A stretch of DNA of 32,000 nt, taken from contig NC_008513.1 in NCBI RefSeq assembly GCF_000090965.1, forward strand, positions 120,001-152,000. Direction: 5' to 3'. The stretch comes from Candidatus Saccharimonadota bacterium (lineage in GTDB: Bacteria; Pseudomonadota; Gammaproteobacteria; Enterobacterales; Enterobacteriaceae). The notes under the pieces are model-generated. The model worked only from the letters and a program-made list of their open reading frames with translations, made no database searches and was not told the DNA's origin. Below are positions 20,150 through 29,469 of the stretch, piece after piece; positions within the stretch are counted from its first letter, which is position 1, and every line of letters begins with the position of its first letter. The position numbers and the translations under genes were made by a program.

Positions 20150-20204
20150 TTTTTTTTTAATTTAAAAGTTTTATTTTTTTAAAATTATACAGGTAAATAT
20201 TATC

Positions 20205-21248
20205 GTGGTATATAAATTTGGTATTATCGGATTACCTAATGTAGGAAAATCAGCTTTATTCAATAAAATAACAAAATTAAATGTTCCGTCAAAAAATTTT
20301 CCATTTTGTACAATTAAACCAAATATTGGTATTATATCAATTTTTGATAATCGGTTAATAAATATTTCTAATAATTTATCTTCTAAAAATATTATATATA
20401 GTTGTGTTAAAATTATTGATATTGCAGGTTTAGTAAAAGGAGCTTCTTTAGGTGAAGGTTTAGGAAATAAGTTTTTGGAAAATATAAGAGATTGTCATGC
20501 TATTATTCATGTAGTTCGTTGTTTTAAAAACAATAATATTATTCATATATATAATGATATTAATCCTATACGAGATATTGATATTATTAATACAGAATTA
20601 TTGTTTTCAGATCTTAATTTATGTGAAAAAATTTTTAAAAAAAAATCAATTAATAATAAAATTAAAAATTCTAATCAGTATGTTTTTTTAAATTTAATAA
20701 AATATTGTATAAAAAAATTACAACAAGGTTATATTTTAAGAGATTTAAATTTTACTCAAAATGAATTAAAAATTTTAAAACAATATAGATTTTTAACTTT
20801 AAAACCAATGATTTATGTTTTTAATATTTCTAATGATATTACTCATAATATTAATTTAAATATTTTTTTAAAAAATAATAATTTTATTAAATCTAATTTT
20901 ATTTCAATTTCTATAGAAAATTTAGATACATCTAAAATTTATCATGTATATTATAATAAAATAATTCGGAAATTATGTTCGATGCTAGATCTCTGTACTT
21001 TTTTTACAGCTGGATCTAAAGAAGCTAGATCATGGATTTTTAAGAAAGAAAGTACAGCAAAACAAGTTGCAAAATTAATTCATACAGATTTTTTTAGAGG
21101 ATTTATTAGGGCTCAGGTAATTTCATATGATGAATTTATTAAATATGGTAATTTAAATATAATTAGAAAATTAGGGAGGATTCGTAGTGAAGGAAAAAAT
21201 TATATTGTAAAAGATGGAGATATAATAAATTTTTTATTTAACATATAA
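20205..21248 (+). CDS. ychF: Ribosome-binding ATPase YchF (Obg-like)
   Basis: It starts with GTG. It has the P-loop GIIGLPNVGKSALFN, then FPFCTIKPNIG, DIAGLVKGAS.GEGLGNKFL, and the C-terminal TGS-like region HTDFFRGFIRAQVISYDEF...EGKNYIVKDGDIINFLFN. The pth-ychF pairing is as in E. coli. Confidence 0.93.
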   Translation: MVYKFGIIGLPNVGKSALFNKITKLNVPSKNFPFCTIKPNIGIISIFDNRLINISNNLSSKNIIYSCVKIIDIAGLVKGASLGEGLGNKFLENIRDCHAIIHVVRCFKNNNIIHIYNDINPIRDIDIINTELLFSDLNLCEKIFKKKSINNKIKNSNQYVFLNLIKYCIKKLQQGYILRDLNFTQNELKILKQYRFLTLKPMIYVFNISNDITHNINLNIFLKNNNFIKSNFISISIENLDTSKIYHVYYNKIIRKLCSMLDLCTFFTAGSKEARSWIFKKESTAKQVAKLIHTDFFRGFIRAQVISYDEFIKYGNLNIIRKLGRIRSEGKNYIVKDGDIINFLFNI

Positions 21249-21286
21249 GTTTTTTCTTTTTTAATAATAAAATTTTTTATAATTTT

Positions 21287-21312
21287 AGAGAGGAAATAAT
21301 AAATTCCTCTCT
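21287..21312. terminator. G:C-containing hairpin between convergent ychF and thrC, a candidate bidirectional terminator or RNA-stability element
   Basis: 9-bp perfect stem AGAGAGGAA / TTCCTCTCT (4 G:C pairs, unusually GC-rich for this sequence) with an 8-nt loop. Neither side has a clean U-tract. Confidence 0.4.
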
Positions 21313-21327
21313 GAATATATATATGCA

Positions 21328-22620
21328 TTAAATTTTTTTTAATAAAAATTCTTTTAATTTTAAAAAATCAGGTTTCATATGGTATGATAAATTTTTTAAA
21401 TTTACTCTGGATTTTAAGGATATTGGTAATTTTAATGAAATTTTTAATATTTTTTCTACAGTATCTTGAAATTTAGATGGATGCGCTGTTCCTAAAAATA
21501 AACCAAAATCTTCTTTTTTAATATTTTTCTTTAGTATTGTATATGCTATAGCTGCATGCGGTTCTGATAAATATCCAATTTTATATAATTTTTTTATCGC
21601 TCTCTCTGTTTCTTTATCTGACACACTATAAGATTTTAGTGTTTTTAAATTCCATTTTTTTCTTTTAAATAATTCTTCAACTCTTGGCCAATTATTAGGT
21701 TGACTAATATCCATAGCATTAGAAATAGTTGATATTGTTTTATTTGGTTTCCATTTTCCATTTTTTAAAAATCTTGGAACAGTATCGTTAGCATTAGTAG
21801 CTGCGATAAAAGATTTTATTGGTAATCCAAGAGATTTTGCTATTAATCCAGCTGTTAAATTACCAAAATTACCACATGGAATTGAAATAACAATATTTTT
21901 ATGAAAGTCTGTTGGTATTAATGCAAATGCTTCAAAATAATAACATATTTGAGCTAATAATCTACTAATATTAATAGAATTAGCTGAATTTAAGCCAATA
22001 TTTTTTTTTAGTTTTTTATCATTAAAAGATTTTTTTACCAAATATTGACAATCATCAAAACTACCATCAATTGCAATGGTATGTATATTTTCTCCTAATG
22101 TACAAAATAGTTTTTCTTGTAATGTACTAATTCTTCCTTTAGGATATAAAATAACTACACGAATATTATTCATACGATAAAATGCATGCGCAACAGCAGC
22201 ACCGGTATCTCCAGAAGTAGCAGTTAATATAGTCATAATAGAATTTTCTTTTTTCCAATATGAAAGCATTTGAGCCATAAATCTAGCTCCAAAATCTTTA
22301 AATGCTAATGTTGGTCCGTGAAATAATTCTAAACATGAAATATTTTTTTTAACATGAACAATTATAGGTTTAGTAAATGAAAAAGCTTTTTTTATTTGTT
22401 TTTTTAAGTCAACAAATGATATTTCATCGGAGATAAAATGTGATAGTATATGAGTACTTCTAGTAATAAAATCCATTTGAATTAATTTCTTTAATGTTTC
22501 AGGTGTAAATTTTGGTAAATATTTTGGAAAAAATAATCCTTGTTTTTTTCCTAATCCGTATTTTATTGCATTTAAAAAATTTACTTCTTCATTTATATCT
22601 TTTAAATTATATAATTTCAT
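21328..22620 (-). CDS. thrC: Threonine synthase
   Basis: [32 protein letters not shown] aligns with the E. coli ThrC N-terminus [26 protein letters not shown]. The PLP-lysine motif [11 protein letters not shown] is present. The track ORF (to 22656) has a 12-codon upstream extension that I reject. The start overlaps the thrB 3' end by 14 nt. Confidence 0.94.
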   Translation of the reverse strand: MKLYNLKDINEEVNFLNAIKYGLGKKQGLFFPKYLPKFTPETLKKLIQMDFITRSTHILSHFISDEISFVDLKKQIKKAFSFTKPIIVHVKKNISCLELFHGPTLAFKDFGARFMAQMLSYWKKENSIMTILTATSGDTGAAVAHAFYRMNNIRVVILYPKGRISTLQEKLFCTLGENIHTIAIDGSFDDCQYLVKKSFNDKKLKKNIGLNSANSINISRLLAQICYYFEAFALIPTDFHKNIVISIPCGNFGNLTAGLIAKSLGLPIKSFIAATNANDTVPRFLKNGKWKPNKTISTISNAMDISQPNNWPRVEELFKRKKWNLKTLKSYSVSDKETERAIKKLYKIGYLSEPHAAIAYTILKKNIKKEDFGLFLGTAHPSKFQDTVEKILKISLKLPISLKSRVNLKNLSYHMKPDFLKLKEFLLKKI

Positions 22621-23554
22621 TTTTTTTTTCCATTTTTCTAGCACCTGATTGATCAATTTTACAAATATGAACGAATCCTGTTTGATTCTCCATATAGTTT
22701 TTTTTTAACCATATCTTTACTTTTTTTGCTATAGAAATGTTCGGACATACAGAAAATAAAGTAGGTCCTGAACCTGAAATATTACATGTTAAGGCTCCTA
22801 GTTCTATTATTTTTTTTTTTGATATTAAAAATTTTGGTATTAATGGAATTCTATATGGTTCAGCAATTATATCTTTCATATATCGAATTGCTAATTCTGA
22901 TTGTTTAGTATATAAAGCATGAATAAATGTAGCTAAATTTCGACTATTATGAATACATGTTTTTTTTTTATATTTTAATGGAAGAATATTTCTTGCTTGA
23001 GAAGTAGATAAGGTGACTCCTGGCCAAGCAATAACCCATAACCAATCAGTAAAAATGGGTAGTTTTTGTGTGATGTTTTTTTGATCGTTAGTAATTAATT
23101 GTAGACCACCTAAATAACATGGAGCAACATTGTCATAATGAACTTCTCCGGATATTATTCCTTCTAATTTTCCCATTATTTTTAGTAATTTTGTTTTTGA
23201 TAGTTTAGTTTTATAGAATTTATTTAATGCAATAACACAAGCTACTATAGAAGAAGCACTAGATCCTAGTCCTGAACCAATTGGCATATTTTTTTCTAGA
23301 ACAATTTTAACTGTTTTTTTTTTTTTTGCTTTTTTATTAAAATATTTCCATGCTTTCCATATAATATTTTCTTTTATATTTACAGGTAATTGTTTAGAAA
23401 AATTTCCATGATTTTTTAATTGAAATTTTTTTGATGGTTTTATTGAGATACAATCTCCTAACAACGTTTTATCAATTGGTTTGATAGCTATTCCTAAAAT
23501 ATCAAAACCAACACCTACATTTCCAATAGAAGCAGGAGCATAAATTTTTATCAT
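22607..23554 (-). CDS. thrB: Homoserine kinase
   Basis: [21 protein letters not shown] aligns with E. coli [21 protein letters not shown]. The GHMP-kinase motif [12 protein letters not shown] is present. 315 aa from ATG 23554. The track ORF's 30-codon 5' extension overlaps thrA and is rejected. Confidence 0.93.
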   Translation of the reverse strand: MIKIYAPASIGNVGVGFDILGIAIKPIDKTLLGDCISIKPSKKFQLKNHGNFSKQLPVNIKENIIWKAWKYFNKKAKKKKTVKIVLEKNMPIGSGLGSSASSIVACVIALNKFYKTKLSKTKLLKIMGKLEGIISGEVHYDNVAPCYLGGLQLITNDQKNITQKLPIFTDWLWVIAWPGVTLSTSQARNILPLKYKKKTCIHNSRNLATFIHALYTKQSELAIRYMKDIIAEPYRIPLIPKFLISKKKIIELGALTCNISGSGPTLFSVCPNISIAKKVKIWLKKNYMENQTGFVHICKIDQSGARKMEKKNEII

Positions 23555-23573
23555 TATTTTTAAACTCATAAGA

Positions 23574-26036
23574 TTATAATACAATGCGTAATAAATCAGA
23601 GAAAATTCCTGATGCTGTAACTTTATTCCCTGCTCCATAACCACGTATTATTAAAGGAATCGGTTGATAATATTTAGTATAAAAAACAAATATGTTTTCT
23701 CCATTTTTTACATGATAAAGTGGATTTTTATAGTTTACGGAATGTATTTTAACACAACAATTTCCATTTTTATTTATTGTTCCTATACATCTAAGTACTT
23801 TTTTTTCTTTTTTTGCTTGAATAATTTTTTGAAGAAATAAATTATCTAATTCTTTAAGTTTTTTAAGAAATATTTTTTTATTTTTTATTTTTTTAAATGA
23901 ATTTGGAAGAATTTTTTCTATTTTTATATCAGGTAATTCTATTGAATATCCTGCTTCTCGTGCTAAAATTAATAATTTTCTTGCAATATCAATTCCAGAA
24001 AGATCATCTTTTGGATGTGGTTCTGTAAATCCTAATTTTTGAGCTTTTTTAATAGCATGTGATAATGTAATATTATTATTATCTAATTCTCCGAAAATAT
24101 ATGACATAGAACCAGAAAGGATACCTTGAAATTTGATTAATTTATCTCCTGATTCTATTAAATGTTTAAAATTTTGAAGAATGGGTAATCCCGCACCGAC
24201 ATGAGTTTCATAAAAAAATTTTTTATTATTTTTTTTTGCTGTTTTTCTAATTTCTGTATATTGTAATGTTAATGACGAATTAGATTTTTTATTAGCTGTT
24301 ATGATATGACATCCGGATTTAATTATTTTTTTATAATTGTTAGAAATTTCTTGACTAGCTGTACAATCTATAAAAATAGGATTTAAATAACCATTATTTT
24401 CAATAATTTGGAGAATTTTTTTTAATAAAAATTTTTTTTTAGAATTTTTAAATTTTTTTTCCCATTTTTTATAATTAATATTTTTTTTACTAATAATATA
24501 TTTTTTTGAATTTGCAATAAGATTAATATTTAATTTAATAAATTTTTTTTTTATTCTTTCTCTTTGTTTAAAAAATATTTTTAAAAATTCTAGACCAACT
24601 CCACCTATACCAATTAAAAAAATATTAATGGATACATGATAATTTATAATTGTGTTATGTATTTTTTTCATAATTGATATAACATTTTTATCATAAATTA
24701 CAATTGATAAAGATATATTTGATATATTATGTGAAATATTAAATATTTTATTATTAAATCTATAGATAATTAAATGGATTTTTTCTAAAATTTTAGTAGT
24801 ATATTTTTTTAAAAAAGATCCTACAATTGTTATAATACTTAATTTTTTTATTTTGATAATTGATAATAATCTTTTTCTTTTTATATTTAGAGTTAATAGT
24901 TTTTTTATTTTTTTGATATAAATTAAGTTTTTTTTTTGTATATAAAAACTAATTATATTTTGTGATAGAGATTGATTTAATAAATATAATGGTATATTTT
25001 TCTTAAAAAAATATGAAAGTATTTTTTTAAGAACTTTTTTTATTTGTAAATTTTTTTTACAAAATATTTTTATAAAAATAATGTTTTTTAGATATGTAAT
25101 TCCTTTTATTTGATTTTTTTTTTCTTTTTTTGTCTTTTTTCTATTTATTATTTTAGTTCCTGGATACTCTGGATTATTTGTATTTTTAATAATACAACAA
25201 ATATTATTTTTTTTTAATGGTTCTATAGTAGACGGATGAATTACTTTAGCACCAAAATAAGCTAATTCTAATGCTTCTTGATAAGAAATCTTTGATACTA
25301 ATTGAGCTTTTTTTATAATATTTGGATCACCTGTATAAATTCCATTTACATCAGTCCAAATTTCACATATATTAGAATTTGTACAAATAGATAAAATGCT
25401 TGCAGAATAATCAGATCCGTTTCTTCCTAAAACTACTAATTCTTTTTTATTATTTCCGGCTATAAATCCAGGCATAAGAATAATTTTTTTTTTTGAAATT
25501 TTTAATTTTTCAAAGTTTTTTTTGGATTTTTTAATATTTACATTTGCATTTAAATAATTATTATTTGCTAAAAAATATTTTATAGGATTAATAATGATTG
25601 TGTTAAATCCTTTTATTTGTAATAATTCTTTCATTAGTAAAACAGAAACATTTTCTCCTGTACTAATTATTCGTGCTTGTTTTTTTTCTGAACATTTTTG
25701 TAAAATTTTAATTTTTTTAAATATTTTTTTTAGTTTTTTGTGTTTTTTAATGATTTTTTTATTTAGTTTTTTTATTGGGTATTCTTTTTCTTTTTTATAA
25801 ATATTTAAAATTATATTTAAAAAAAAATTTTTAATTATTCTTAAGATTTTACTAGGAATAATTTTTTTTTTAACAAAGAGTTTAATAGAATCTTCTAAAT
25901 AATTTGTAATAGTAGCAGGTGCAGATAATACAACAGATATTTGATCATGATTTAATTTTTGAATTATAATTGAAGATACTTGTATAAATTTTTTTGCGTT
26001 TGCAAGTGAAGTACCTCCAAATTTTAATGTTTTCAT
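23574..26036 (-). CDS. thrA: Bifunctional aspartokinase I / homoserine dehydrogenase I
   Basis: 820 aa, the same length as E. coli ThrA. It has N-terminal [44 protein letters not shown], the HSDH Rossmann IGIGGVG, and C-terminal [41 protein letters not shown]. The central ACT region is highly degenerate and Lys-rich. Confidence 0.95.
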   Translation of the reverse strand: MKTLKFGGTSLANAKKFIQVSSIIIQKLNHDQISVVLSAPATITNYLEDSIKLFVKKKIIPSKILRIIKNFFLNIILNIYKKEKEYPIKKLNKKIIKKHKKLKKIFKKIKILQKCSEKKQARIISTGENVSVLLMKELLQIKGFNTIIINPIKYFLANNNYLNANVNIKKSKKNFEKLKISKKKIILMPGFIAGNNKKELVVLGRNGSDYSASILSICTNSNICEIWTDVNGIYTGDPNIIKKAQLVSKISYQEALELAYFGAKVIHPSTIEPLKKNNICCIIKNTNNPEYPGTKIINRKKTKKEKKNQIKGITYLKNIIFIKIFCKKNLQIKKVLKKILSYFFKKNIPLYLLNQSLSQNIISFYIQKKNLIYIKKIKKLLTLNIKRKRLLSIIKIKKLSIITIVGSFLKKYTTKILEKIHLIIYRFNNKIFNISHNISNISLSIVIYDKNVISIMKKIHNTIINYHVSINIFLIGIGGVGLEFLKIFFKQRERIKKKFIKLNINLIANSKKYIISKKNINYKKWEKKFKNSKKKFLLKKILQIIENNGYLNPIFIDCTASQEISNNYKKIIKSGCHIITANKKSNSSLTLQYTEIRKTAKKNNKKFFYETHVGAGLPILQNFKHLIESGDKLIKFQGILSGSMSYIFGELDNNNITLSHAIKKAQKLGFTEPHPKDDLSGIDIARKLLILAREAGYSIELPDIKIEKILPNSFKKIKNKKIFLKKLKELDNLFLQKIIQAKKEKKVLRCIGTINKNGNCCVKIHSVNYKNPLYHVKNGENIFVFYTKYYQPIPLIIRGYGAGNKVTASGIFSDLLRIVL

Positions 26037-26437
26037 AAAAATAATCTCATTTTTAAATTATTGTTTAAATTTTTTTTATATATCGTATTTATAGTAGTTT
26101 TATAATGTATATTTTTTATAGTATTATGATTATTATGTATGAATGATATGAAAAATAAAATTTAATATTTAATTTTATTTAAAAAAATAATATTTTATTT
26201 TTATATAAATATTTTTTGAATAATTTAATTAATTGTATCATATCTTTATATTTTTTTCTTTTATTTCAATAATAATTATTATTATTTTGCTAAATTTTAA
26301 AAAAATATTTTTATAGATTTTTTTATAAATGATTATCTTTGATAAGGAGGTATAATTATTTTTTAAAAAATAAATTTTAAAAAAAATAAGTATTTTAAAG
26401 AAACGTATGTTGTTTTATGTTTTTTATTTTTAGTAAA

Positions 26438-27661
26438 TTATTTTTTTTTTAAAAAAAAATTTTGTTTATTCCAAAAAATAAAGATTTTTTTTAATTTAAT
26501 ATGATTTTCGATTTCAACTCGTAATGAAAATAATTCTATAGCTTGAATAAAATTATTATGATTTATTATTTTTTTAATTGTGTTTTTTTTTCTTTTTTCA
26601 ATATCTTTTTGCAATTTCCATATTTTTTTGATTATTAATAAAATATTTTTAGGTATACCTATTGATATTGAATTTTTTTTTAAAATATAATTAATAGAAA
26701 TTAAAAATGCTTTAGAAAATTTTATTTTTTTTTTAATTGATAATATTTGTGTTTTTTCAATTAAAAGATACCATAATAATGATGCAAATAAAAAAGATGG
26801 ACAACTGATTTTTTTATTTTTTCCTTTTTTATCTATTTTTTTTAAACAATTTATTGTAATTTTTTTTAAAAAAAATGTGTTTTTTTGACTTAACTGATTA
26901 AATAAAAATGGTAATAATGGATAAATTAATGAATATTTTCTTAATCGTATATAAGTTAAATAACCATATCCAAAACAAAATAATTTTATTGATTCATTAA
27001 ATAATCTTGCTGATGGTATTTCTTTTAATAAATTTGATAATTTTATTATCGGTTTTTCAGTTTTTTTATCAATATGCATATTCAATTGTACTGAAAATCG
27101 TATTACTCTTAACATTCGTACAGGATCTTCTCTATATCGTGTTTCAGCATTTCCAATTAAACGTATTTTTTTTAATTTTATATCTTTTATTCCTCCTATA
27201 TAGTCTCTAATTCCAAAATCTTTTATACTATAATATAATGCATTTATTGTTATATCACGTCTATAAGCATCTTCTTCAATTTTTCCAAATGTATTATCTG
27301 ATAATAATATTCCTTTTTTTGTTTTTATTTTTTTGTAATATAAATTATTTTTTTTCAAATGATTATTTTTTGCTCGAAATGTTGATACTTCAATAATTTC
27401 ATTTTTGAATATTAAATGCGCAATTATAAATCTTCTTCCTATTAATCGGCAATTTTTAAATAGTTTTCTGATTTCATCAGGTTTTGCGTTAGTAGCAATA
27501 TCAAAATCTTTAGGTTTTTTTCCTAATAATAAATCTCTTACCCCTCCTCCCACTAAATATGCTTCATAGCCTAATTTATTTAATCTATATAATACTTTCA
27601 TAGAATTTCTACTAATTTTTTTTTTAGAAATGTTATGATTTTTATTTATAATTAGCTTCAT
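26438..27661 (-). CDS. pcnB: Poly(A) polymerase I (PcnB)
   Basis: [63 protein letters not shown] aligns with E. coli PcnB [64 protein letters not shown]. It also has [12 protein letters not shown] and [15 protein letters not shown]. The match is clearly closer to PcnB than to the CCA-adding enzyme. At 407 aa, the C-terminal basic region is shortened. Confidence 0.9.
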   Translation of the reverse strand: [407 protein letters not shown]

Positions 27662-28323
27662 ATGCGAATATCGATTTTTTTTTATGTTTTTAATTTTTAG
27701 TTAACTAATGCTATGTTGTTAAATAAAAAAATTTTTTTTATTTATTATTTATAAATATATATAAGATATATATAATGAATTTATAAAAAAAAGATTTTTA
27801 ATAGATAAAGAATTTTTTGAATATTTCTTTATAAGAAACAATTTAGTGTTATTTAAAAAAAATTTTTAATTAATTTTTTATGAATTTAAATTATTTAATT
27901 TAAAATTATTAATTATTATAAATTTTATTAATTAATTATAATTTTTTTTTTATTTTTATTTTGAGTATTTTAATTTAAATCATATAAATAAATTTTTTAT
28001 TTTTGAATGTATTTAATATATTTTTTTGATTCATTTATATATTTGAAAAATTTTAATTTTATAAAATATTTATATAAATTAAAAATTAATTATAATGATT
28101 TTTTATATTAAAAATTAATATAATATATTAATATAATTGAAAAATAAAATAAAAATTAATAGAATTTTTTTTTTCTTATTATATAGAAAATGCCATATTA
28201 TACTATCTCATGTCAAGCAACATTGTTATAATGAAAATATTTATTTTTAATAAATATTGTTTTTAAAGATTTTTTTATTTTTTTTTTATCAATTTTTTTA
28301 AATATTTTTATTAGGAAATATAA

Positions 28324-29133
28324 ATGAAGTTCGTTTTTGGTGTAGAATATGATGGTAGTATATATCACGGGTGGCAAAAACAAAAATCAGTATTAACAAT
28401 ACAAGAATGTATTGAACATGCTTTATCTAAAATTGCTAATTCTAAAATAGAAGTAATATGTGCTGGAAGAACAGATAAAGGTGTACATGCAATTACTCAA
28501 ATAGTCCATTTTTCTTCTCTTATAATTCGTAATGAAGAAGTTTGGTTTACAGGATTAAATTCATTATTGCCAAAAAATATAACTGTTTTATGGTTAAAAA
28601 AAGTTTCATCAAATTTTCATGCTAGATTTTCTGCATTGTCTAGATCATATAGATATATAATTTTTAATAGAAAAAATCGATCAAGTTTTTTAAAAAACTA
28701 TTATTTTCATGTAAGAAATTTTTTAGATATTTATAAAATGAAAACTAGTTCTCAATTTTTAATTGGAAATCATGATTTTTCTTCTTTTAAAAGTAGTGGT
28801 TGTCAATCATTTTCTTCAAGAAAAAATATATTTTCTTTAATAATATATCGGATAAATGATTTTATAATTATTGATATTACTGCAAATTCTTTTTTATATC
28901 ATATGGTAAGAAATATTGTAGGTTGTTTAATTTTAGTAGGTTTATCTAAAAAAAAACCAGAATGGGTGCAATATATATTACAAAAAAAAGATATTAAAAA
29001 AACATATTCTACTGTTCCTGCACAGGGATTATATTTTTTATTTGCTTCATATCCAGATTGTTTTTCTATATTAAATCAATCTTTTTTATTAAAAAAAAAT
29101 AATTTATTTACTCATTTTTTTAGTAACTTTTAA
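28324..29133 (+). CDS. truA: tRNA pseudouridine(38-40) synthase TruA
   Basis: 269 aa. It has VEYDGSIYHGWQKQ, the catalytic Asp motif AGRTDKGVHA, RSYRYII, and FLYHMVRNIVG. Confidence 0.93.
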   Translation: MKFVFGVEYDGSIYHGWQKQKSVLTIQECIEHALSKIANSKIEVICAGRTDKGVHAITQIVHFSSLIIRNEEVWFTGLNSLLPKNITVLWLKKVSSNFHARFSALSRSYRYIIFNRKNRSSFLKNYYFHVRNFLDIYKMKTSSQFLIGNHDFSSFKSSGCQSFSSRKNIFSLIIYRINDFIIIDITANSFLYHMVRNIVGCLILVGLSKKKPEWVQYILQKKDIKKTYSTVPAQGLYFLFASYPDCFSILNQSFLLKKNNLFTHFFSNF

Positions 29134-29154
29134 TTATTATAAAATTTTTAAAAA

Positions 29155-29190
29155 TATTTAAATATTTATTTAAATGTTTATTTAAATATT
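29155..29190. repeat. Three tandem copies of a 12-mer (TATTTAAATATT / TATTTAAATGTT / TATTTAAATATT), each containing the palindrome ATTTAAAT
   Basis: Read directly from the sequence, 22 nt after the truA stop. It is low-complexity A/T sequence, so its significance is doubtful. Confidence 0.6.
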
Positions 29191-29469
29191 AATAATTTAT
29201 TAAAATATAAATATTTTTATAATATAATTACAATATTAGGTATATTTAATTATTACTACTATATAAAAATATATATTGTTTTATAAAATAAAATAAATTT
29301 TTTTATTTTAATACTTTTTTTTTTTAAAATAATTAAATATTATTATTTTAATAAGTATAATTTATTTTTATTGTTATATAATTTTTTAAAGTTATTTTTT
29401 TTATAAAACACTTTTTCTAATTTTATATAAATTTTTTACATGTTGTATTAACGAATATGAGATTGTAGT

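Noticed and set aside
22621-22656. Longer 5' extensions of thrC (to 22656), thrB (to 23644) and gyrA (TTG at 15199) as given by the ORF track
   Set aside because: Orthologue N-termini ([17 protein letters not shown], ..REITPVNIEEEL) align to the internal ATGs at 22620, 23554 and 15184. The extensions overlap upstream genes or use a TTG start and have no homology.
22737-22922. 61-aa plus-strand ORF inside thrB
   Set aside because: It is antisense to conserved thrB sequence and has no support.
25594-25800. 68-aa plus-strand ORF inside thrA
   Set aside because: It is antisense to thrA and is a low-complexity artefact.
26343-26351. ACCTCCTTA on the minus strand as a remnant of a 16S rRNA 3' end
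   Set aside because: The match is only 9 nt with no flanking rRNA-like sequence. The simpler reading is a fossil Shine-Dalgarno on the + strand (reported as a low-interest finding).
26037-26437. A thr operon leader peptide or attenuator (thrL) upstream of thrA
   Set aside because: I scanned the minus strand for a short ORF rich in Thr/Ile codons followed by alternative hairpins. Only random A/T mini-ORFs appear (for example MIQLIKLFKKYLYKNKILFF), and there is no Thr run or G:C-stabilised terminator. The leader appears to be absent.
27007-27210. 67-aa plus-strand ORF inside pcnB
   Set aside because: It is antisense to the conserved PcnB core and has no support.
28078-28160. Repeated AAAAATTAAT-containing words as a CRISPR-like or iteron array
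   Set aside because: The units are short, A/T-only and irregular in content. There are no unique spacers of constant length, no cas or rep genes, and the pattern is compatible with low-complexity chance repeats.
29134-29469. A secM-like arrest peptide gene upstream of secA
   Set aside because: There is no ORF beyond a few codons on the + strand (for example ATG TTG TAT TAA at about 29440) and nothing resembling the ..GIRAGP arrest motif.
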